A DNA stretch of 10,353 nucleotides. Origin: a virus (taxonomy: Duplodnaviria > Heunggongvirae > Uroviricota > Caudoviricetes). Shown piece by piece: positions 6,097 to 10,353 of the stretch. The stretch is from the IMG/VR virus record IMGVR_UViG_2531839233_000017, one strand, 5' to 3'. A program made the position numbers and the translations under genes. Positions within the stretch are counted from its first letter, which is position 1, and each line of letters opens with the position of its first letter. The notes under the pieces were generated by a model. It had not been told where the DNA came from. It did no database searches and saw nothing but the letters and a program-made list of their open reading frames with translations.

Positions 6097-7741
6097 GTAC
6101 GCAGAAGACGTAAAAACGGGCAAAATTCCGGCCTGTAAACGGTTAAAACAGGCTGTTAAACGGTACTTTTCGGACCTTAAAAGCCCCCTTTACACGTTCG
6201 ATCGTGAGGTTGTGGAGCGGTTTATTGCCTTTTCCAGGGTGTGCCCGCACGTAAAAGGACCGATGCGTGGCAGACCCATTGAGCTGGAGCCGTGGCAGCA
6301 GTTCGCCTTTGCGTGCATCCTCGGCTTTAAGGTTAAGGCCACCGGACGGCGCAAATACACGAGCGCCTTTATCGAAGTGCCGCGCAAAAATGCGAAATCC
6401 ACGACCGCCGCGATTCTGGCTAACTGGTTTTTGATTATGGAGAACGGTCAGCAGGATATCTACACCGCAGCGGTGAGCCGTGACCAGGCGCGGATCGTCT
6501 TTGATGATGCGCGTCAGATGTGCCTTTTATCCCGACCGTTACGCAGGCGGGTGAATATTCAGGCGCATAAGGTGATACACCCGAAAAGCAACAGCCTGTT
6601 AAAGCCGCTGGCAGCAAAAGCGGCAACCATTGAAGGTACAAACCCGAGTCTTGCCATTGTGGATGAATATCACCTGCACCCTGACAACGGGGTTTATTCC
6701 GCGCTTGAACTGGGAATGGGGGCGCGTCCGGAGGGGCTGTTATTTGCCATCACCACATCGGGGAGCAACGTTGTTTCAGCCTGTAAACAACACTACGACT
6801 ATTGCTGCCAGATACTGGATGGTGAAGAGGTGAACGAATCCATGTTCGTGCTGATTTACGAGCTGGATGATGAAAGCGAGGTTGACGATCCGGCGATGTG
6901 GATAAAGGCGAATCCCAATATCGATGTTTCCGTCGATCGTGAAAAACTGGCCTCAACCATCCAGAAAGCGCGGGGAATACCGTCGCAGTGGGTGGAGATG
7001 ATGACAAAGCGATTTAATATCTGGTGCCAGGGGGCTACCCCGTGGATGGGTAACGGCGCATGGGCTGAGTGTGCCGGAACGTTCACGGAGGAAGATTTAC
7101 ACGGCCAGGAGTGTTACGCGGGGCTGGATTTATCATCAACCAGCGATATTTCCAGCGTATGCTATGCCTTTCCGGTCGGTAAAACCATTATGCTGATTTC
7201 CCGTCATTATCTGCCGGAGTTCCAGCTACAGAACCCCGCCAATAAAAACCGCGCTGTCTATCGTCAGTGGGCTAAAGCGGGCTGGATACGCACAACGCCT
7301 GGCGACTGCATTGATTACGACCGGATCAGAGATGACATCATGCAGGACGCGGAGAAATTTCATATCAGGCTGGTGGGCTTTGATACGTGGAACGCCACGC
7401 ATCTCAGAACGCAATTACAGGGGGCAGGTTTTGAGGTGGAGCCGTTCCCGCAAACCTACCTCAGATTCAGTCCGGCGGCGAAATCGTTCGAAGTTTTTGT
7501 TAACCGCAGGGTGATTGTGCATCGTGGCGATCCGGTGTTGTCCTGGTCGATGAGTAACGTCGTGATGCAGAGTGACGCGAACGCCAATATCAAGCCGAAC
7601 AAGAAAAAATCACCGAACAAGATAGACCCGAGCGTGGCGGCACTGATGGCGTTTGGTACATTCCAGGCAGAGCATGAGGATTTTGCTTTTGATATAAGCG
7701 ACAGCCACCGCCAGAAACTGGAAGAATTCAGCGGGGTGTAA
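6080..7741 (+). CDS. Terminase large subunit (ATPase/nuclease)
   Basis: 553 aa. Walker A-like VPRKNAKST, Walker B-like LAIVDEYH, C-terminal nuclease-type region. Probable TTG start at 6080 (AGGA 5 nt upstream) overlaps the terS 3' end by 17 nt. Confidence 0.92.
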   Translation: MTAWNKYAEDVKTGKIPACKRLKQAVKRYFSDLKSPLYTFDREVVERFIAFSRVCPHVKGPMRGRPIELEPWQQFAFACILGFKVKATGRRKYTSAFIEVPRKNAKSTTAAILANWFLIMENGQQDIYTAAVSRDQARIVFDDARQMCLLSRPLRRRVNIQAHKVIHPKSNSLLKPLAAKAATIEGTNPSLAIVDEYHLHPDNGVYSALELGMGARPEGLLFAITTSGSNVVSACKQHYDYCCQILDGEEVNESMFVLIYELDDESEVDDPAMWIKANPNIDVSVDREKLASTIQKARGIPSQWVEMMTKRFNIWCQGATPWMGNGAWAECAGTFTEEDLHGQECYAGLDLSSTSDISSVCYAFPVGKTIMLISRHYLPEFQLQNPANKNRAVYRQWAKAGWIRTTPGDCIDYDRIRDDIMQDAEKFHIRLVGFDTWNATHLRTQLQGAGFEVEPFPQTYLRFSPAAKSFEVFVNRRVIVHRGDPVLSWSMSNVVMQSDANANIKPNKKKSPNKIDPSVAALMAFGTFQAEHEDFAFDISDSHRQKLEEFSGV

Positions 7742-7754
7742 TGAGGTCAGCAGC

Positions 7755-8036
7755 ATGACAGAAGCCGAACTACTGGGATTAATCCGCCGCGTATCTGGAA
7801 TCAGCCAGCAGGCTGACGAACAGACCACGCAGCCGGACAGCGTGACAGCCGAAAATTATGCGCGTGTTGTTGCTGAGGTGATGTGCCGTGATGGTATCCA
7901 GCTTAATGATGTTGATATGCGCAACATACGGATCCGCGTTCTTGAAATGCTGGCCTACAATCGCCGCGTTGAACTGCATCGGGAGAAAGAAAAAATAACG
8001 TACCACTGGAAGAAGCCGGAGCGGTTGCGGCGGTAA
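7755..8036 (+). CDS. hypothetical protein (93 aa), last gene of the island-side operon
   Basis: ATG 7755 with GAGG 8 nt upstream, 14 nt after the terL stop. No recognisable motif. The stop codon lies inside the first copy of the GGCGGTAACT repeat. Confidence 0.5.
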   Translation: MTEAELLGLIRRVSGISQQADEQTTQPDSVTAENYARVVAEVMCRDGIQLNDVDMRNIRIRVLEMLAYNRRVELHREKEKITYHWKKPERLRR

Positions 8037-8455
8037 CTGGTTGATATTTTCGAAATTCGCCAGCGGCGAACATCGGGGAAACCAGCCTAACCCGTTGATT
8101 CTTTCGGAAACAGCCATTGGCGGAATCCGGCGCGGTAACTTGCTGATATTCCCGATAACGCAAAATTGCGTGGCTGAATGAACATTATGATTACTTATGA
8201 TTACGCAGATGATTAAGGCCTAAACCGTTGATTCTTCCCAATTTCCACAGACTGTGGAAGTTGGCGCGGTAACTTACTGAGATTAAAGCAAAGCGCAAAA
8301 TTGCGCCGACTACATCCCTCACATGCGAAATTTTCGCAGTTTAATTACTCGCCAGTTTGATCGTTAACCCGCTGATATTTTCGGGAACCTCAATTTGAGG
8401 AAGTCGGCGCGGTAACTGGTTGATACTTTCGACCTCCTCAATTTGAGGAGGTCGG
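8027..8455. repeat. Array of four composite repeat units: 22-bp direct repeat GGCGCGGTAACT-NNN-TGATATT, each followed 4 to 9 bp later by a different palindrome, with a second direct repeat CCGTTGATTCTT about 37 bp upstream of three of them
   Basis: Core copies at 8029-8048, 8129-8150, 8263-8284 and 8405-8426. Palindromes at 8056-8070 (TTCGCC-AGC-GGCGAA), 8158-8171 (ACGCAA-AA-TTGCGT), 8293-8308 (GCGCAA-AA-TTGCGC) and 8430-8454 (CGACCTCCTCAA-T-TTGAGGAGGTCG). Second motif at 8092-8103, 8225-8236 and variant 8369-8383. Confidence 0.8.
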
Positions 8456-8743
8456 GGCACAGAAAAACAACGAATATGTTGTTTTTGGGAATGGTCATAA
8501 TGACCACGCAGACCATCAAGGCAACCACAACGAACATCGTTACGGTTGGAGCTTTTACCCCACTGGGGGAAAGGTATTACGATAATCATAACACCTACCG
8601 AACAGGTAAAACCCACCAGCCTGATTAACAGTTAACCGGAAAAAAAATCCGGTAGCCCCGTTATGGGGATCCCCATATCGACATTAACGCCCCTCATGAA
8701 TTGGTGCGCTTCCCCCTGGAAAGATTACCCGCCTGTATATTTC

Positions 8744-8769
8744 TTGTGTCTATTTGTTCCACGTTGTTT
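8744..8769 (+). promoter_or_regulatory. Second set of three helically phased TTGT(T/G)(C/T) hexamers, sharing a 15-mer with the capsid-operon upstream site
   Basis: TTGTGT at 8744, TTGTTC at 8754, TTGTTT at 8764 (10-bp register). TTGTTCCACGTTGTT at 8754-8768 is identical to 1169-1183. Confidence 0.4.
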
Positions 8770-8786
8770 CATACAGTGCACCGAAC

Positions 8787-8810
8787 GGTGTAGTTAATGG
8801 TGTAGTCAAT
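8787..8810 (+). repeat. Tandem 12-bp direct repeat (GGTGTAGTTAAT / GGTGTAGTCAAT)
   Basis: Two adjacent 12-mers differing at one position, about 85 bp from the phoQ stop. Confidence 0.5.
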
Positions 8811-8892
8811 TTGCTGTTTTTAGCACTTTTTGCAGTGTGGGTTGTTTAATTAAATCAATGGGTTGCCTTGCTGTGGTGATAAAAGGACATAT

Positions 8893-10353
8893 TTATTCAT
8901 CTTTCGGCGTAGAATGCTGGCGACCAAAAATCACCTCCATCCGCGCACCGCCAAGCATGCTCTCTCCGGCGACGATTTTACCCTCATATTGCTTGGTGAT
9001 TTCGCGGGCTACCGCCAGCCCCACACCTTGCCCAGGGCGTAAAGTATCAACCCGTTGACCACGGTCGAAAATGACCTCTCGCTTGCTTAATGGAATACCG
9101 GGGCCATCATCCTCGACCACAATATAGAGATGCTCGTCGGTTTGCCTTGCAGAAATTTCGACAAACTCGAGGCAATATTTACAGGCATTATCCAGTACAT
9201 TGCCCATCACCTCGACAAAATCGTTCTGCTCACCGACAAAGCTGATCTCTGGCGAAATATCGAGAGAGATATTGACCCCTTTGCGTTGATACACTTTGTT
9301 CAGCGCCGAGGTGAGATTGTCCAGCAGTGGGGCGACCGGATGCAGCTCGCGGCTGAGCAATGTCCCGCCGTGCATACTGGCACGATGCAGGTAGTAGCCA
9401 ATTTGCTGTGAAATGCGGCTGATTTGCTCCAGCATTACCGGTTCAGCATCACTGACGCTCATCTTTTCACTACGTAGAGAACGCAGCGTACTTTGCAGCA
9501 CCGCCAGTGGCGTTTTCAGACTATGGGTCAGGTCGGTGAGCGTTGTACGATATTTGTCGTAACGTTCGCGTTCACTTTTTAACAATCGGTTCAGGTTTCG
9601 TACCAGACTGGTCAGTTCTCGCGTTGTGGCTGGATTGAGCAATTCGCGGTTATGTTCTTCCAGTTCGCGGACTTCTTTTGCCAGGGCTTCGATGGGGCGT
9701 AAACTCCACCAGGCGGCGACCCACAGCAGCGGGATCACTAACAGCAGATTGGCTGAGAGCACATAGATAAACCAGCTCCAGACCATATAGGAACTTTTTA
9801 GCTCCACCGGAATGGTATCCACCACCACAATGGTTAACTTTGGCATCCGCGATGTTGCCGGGTAGACGTTTACCGCCACCGAGTGGGTCATCTCCGCGTC
9901 GTCATCATCTTCCCGCACTTCCTGCAACTGTTGCTGTATCGAATGATCTCCACTCAGCAAGAGGCTGGTATCGTTAACATCCGCTTCAATTTCATGAAAA
10001 CCATTCGATTTCAGCCAGTCAGGCTGGATCATCTTCATCAGCCAGGGCACGTCACGTTGCGCCCATAAAAGCTGCCCGTTCTCATCATAAATTAGCGTCA
10101 TGGTGGGGCTTTGCTTGTCGATATTTTCGGGTAACTCGACATGCAACTTATTGTTTTCCCACTTCGCAAGGGTATAGAACAGATTGCTCTCGCCACGTAA
10201 CAGCCGAAACGTAGTTTTATCGAAACTGACGCTATAACCGATCAGCGCGACCATTCCGTAGGCAAGCGAAAGCACCAGTACTACCGCTGCCGTTGCCAAC
10301 AGAAAACGTACCCGCAGCGAGAGCGGGAAAAAAAGACGCAGTAATTTTTTCAT
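8893..10353 (-). CDS. phoQ: Sensor histidine kinase PhoQ of the PhoPQ two-component system
   Basis: 486-aa ORF, full length. [33 protein letters not shown]…, periplasmic acidic patch [12 protein letters not shown]-box [16 protein letters not shown]-binding G-boxes DDGPGIP and GQGVGLAVA. Matches E. coli PhoQ from memory. The start codon is at the very end of the window. Confidence 0.97.
   Translation of the reverse strand: MKKLLRLFFPLSLRVRFLLATAAVVLVLSLAYGMVALIGYSVSFDKTTFRLLRGESNLFYTLAKWENNKLHVELPENIDKQSPTMTLIYDENGQLLWAQRDVPWLMKMIQPDWLKSNGFHEIEADVNDTSLLLSGDHSIQQQLQEVREDDDDAEMTHSVAVNVYPATSRMPKLTIVVVDTIPVELKSSYMVWSWFIYVLSANLLLVIPLLWVAAWWSLRPIEALAKEVRELEEHNRELLNPATTRELTSLVRNLNRLLKSERERYDKYRTTLTDLTHSLKTPLAVLQSTLRSLRSEKMSVSDAEPVMLEQISRISQQIGYYLHRASMHGGTLLSRELHPVAPLLDNLTSALNKVYQRKGVNISLDISPEISFVGEQNDFVEVMGNVLDNACKYCLEFVEISARQTDEHLYIVVEDDGPGIPLSKREVIFDRGQRVDTLRPGQGVGLAVAREITKQYEGKIVAGESMLGGARMEVIFGRQHSTPKDE

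Larger units (their letters stand above)
1..8892 (+). mobile_element. Right-hand portion of a phage-derived island carrying a complete capsid and packaging module but no tail or lysis genes (capsid-forming satellite / cf-PICI-like, or tail-less prophage remnant); boundaries not determinable from this window
   Basis: Co-directional phage structural and packaging genes abut the core gene phoQ. No tail genes lie between the connector genes and the chromosome. The right end carries a repeat-rich non-coding region. The left boundary is outside the window. Confidence 0.6.

Noticed and set aside
8084-8370. Integron attC-like sites (GCCTAAC / GTTAAC at unit boundaries)
   Set aside because: Only the short inverse-core-like heptamer is present. 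There is no paired core site at the right distance, no cassette ORFs between units, and no intI nearby. Judged coincidental.
8027-8455. CRISPR array
   Set aside because: Repeats are 22 bp but spaced 102-142 bp apart with irregular intervals. The intervening sequences themselves contain conserved sub-motifs. The repeats are not palindromic and there are no cas genes in the window.
8341-8628. ORFs 8341-8616 (-) and 8443-8628 (+) in the junction region
   Set aside because: They overlap the repeat and palindrome array or start inside a hairpin loop, have no convincing RBS, and show compositionally odd translations. Not called as genes; noted only as a possibility.
8636-8672. phoQ intrinsic terminator on the minus strand (CCCCATAACGGGG … T8)
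   Set aside because: There is an 8-nt gap between the short 4-bp stem and the U-tract, and it lies about 230 nt past the stop. Too weak to call.
9130-10068. + strand ORFs 9130-9411 and 9883-10068
   Set aside because: They are antisense to the confidently identified phoQ.

Overview
The window reads as an Escherichia coli-type chromosome segment. The right end (8893-10353, minus strand) is a complete phoQ sensor-kinase gene. Everything to its left (1 to about 8890) looks horizontally acquired and phage-derived, with all genes on the + strand converging on phoQ. From left to right: (i) a partial upstream gene end and three small accessory genes, namely an N-terminally short SSB-like protein, a PerC-family-like regulator and a 74-aa hypothetical, the last two each closed by a near-identical hairpin terminator; (ii) a structured leader region; (iii) a tightly packed, translationally coupled head-morphogenesis and DNA-packaging operon in an unusual order (HK97-fold major capsid, prohead protease, portal, head closure, gp6-like connector, HNH endonuclease, small ORF, P27-family TerS, TerL); (iv) a 93-aa hypothetical; (v) a roughly 430-bp array of composite direct repeats and palindromes; (vi) about 430 bp of non-coding junction DNA before phoQ. 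No tail, lysis, integrase or replication genes are present in the window. The best interpretation is the right-hand part of a capsid-forming, tail-less phage satellite (cf-PICI-like island) or, less likely, a tail-deleted prophage remnant. Its integrase, regulation and replication modules would lie to the left of the window. All protein identifications rest on motifs I recognise by eye, not on database searches.
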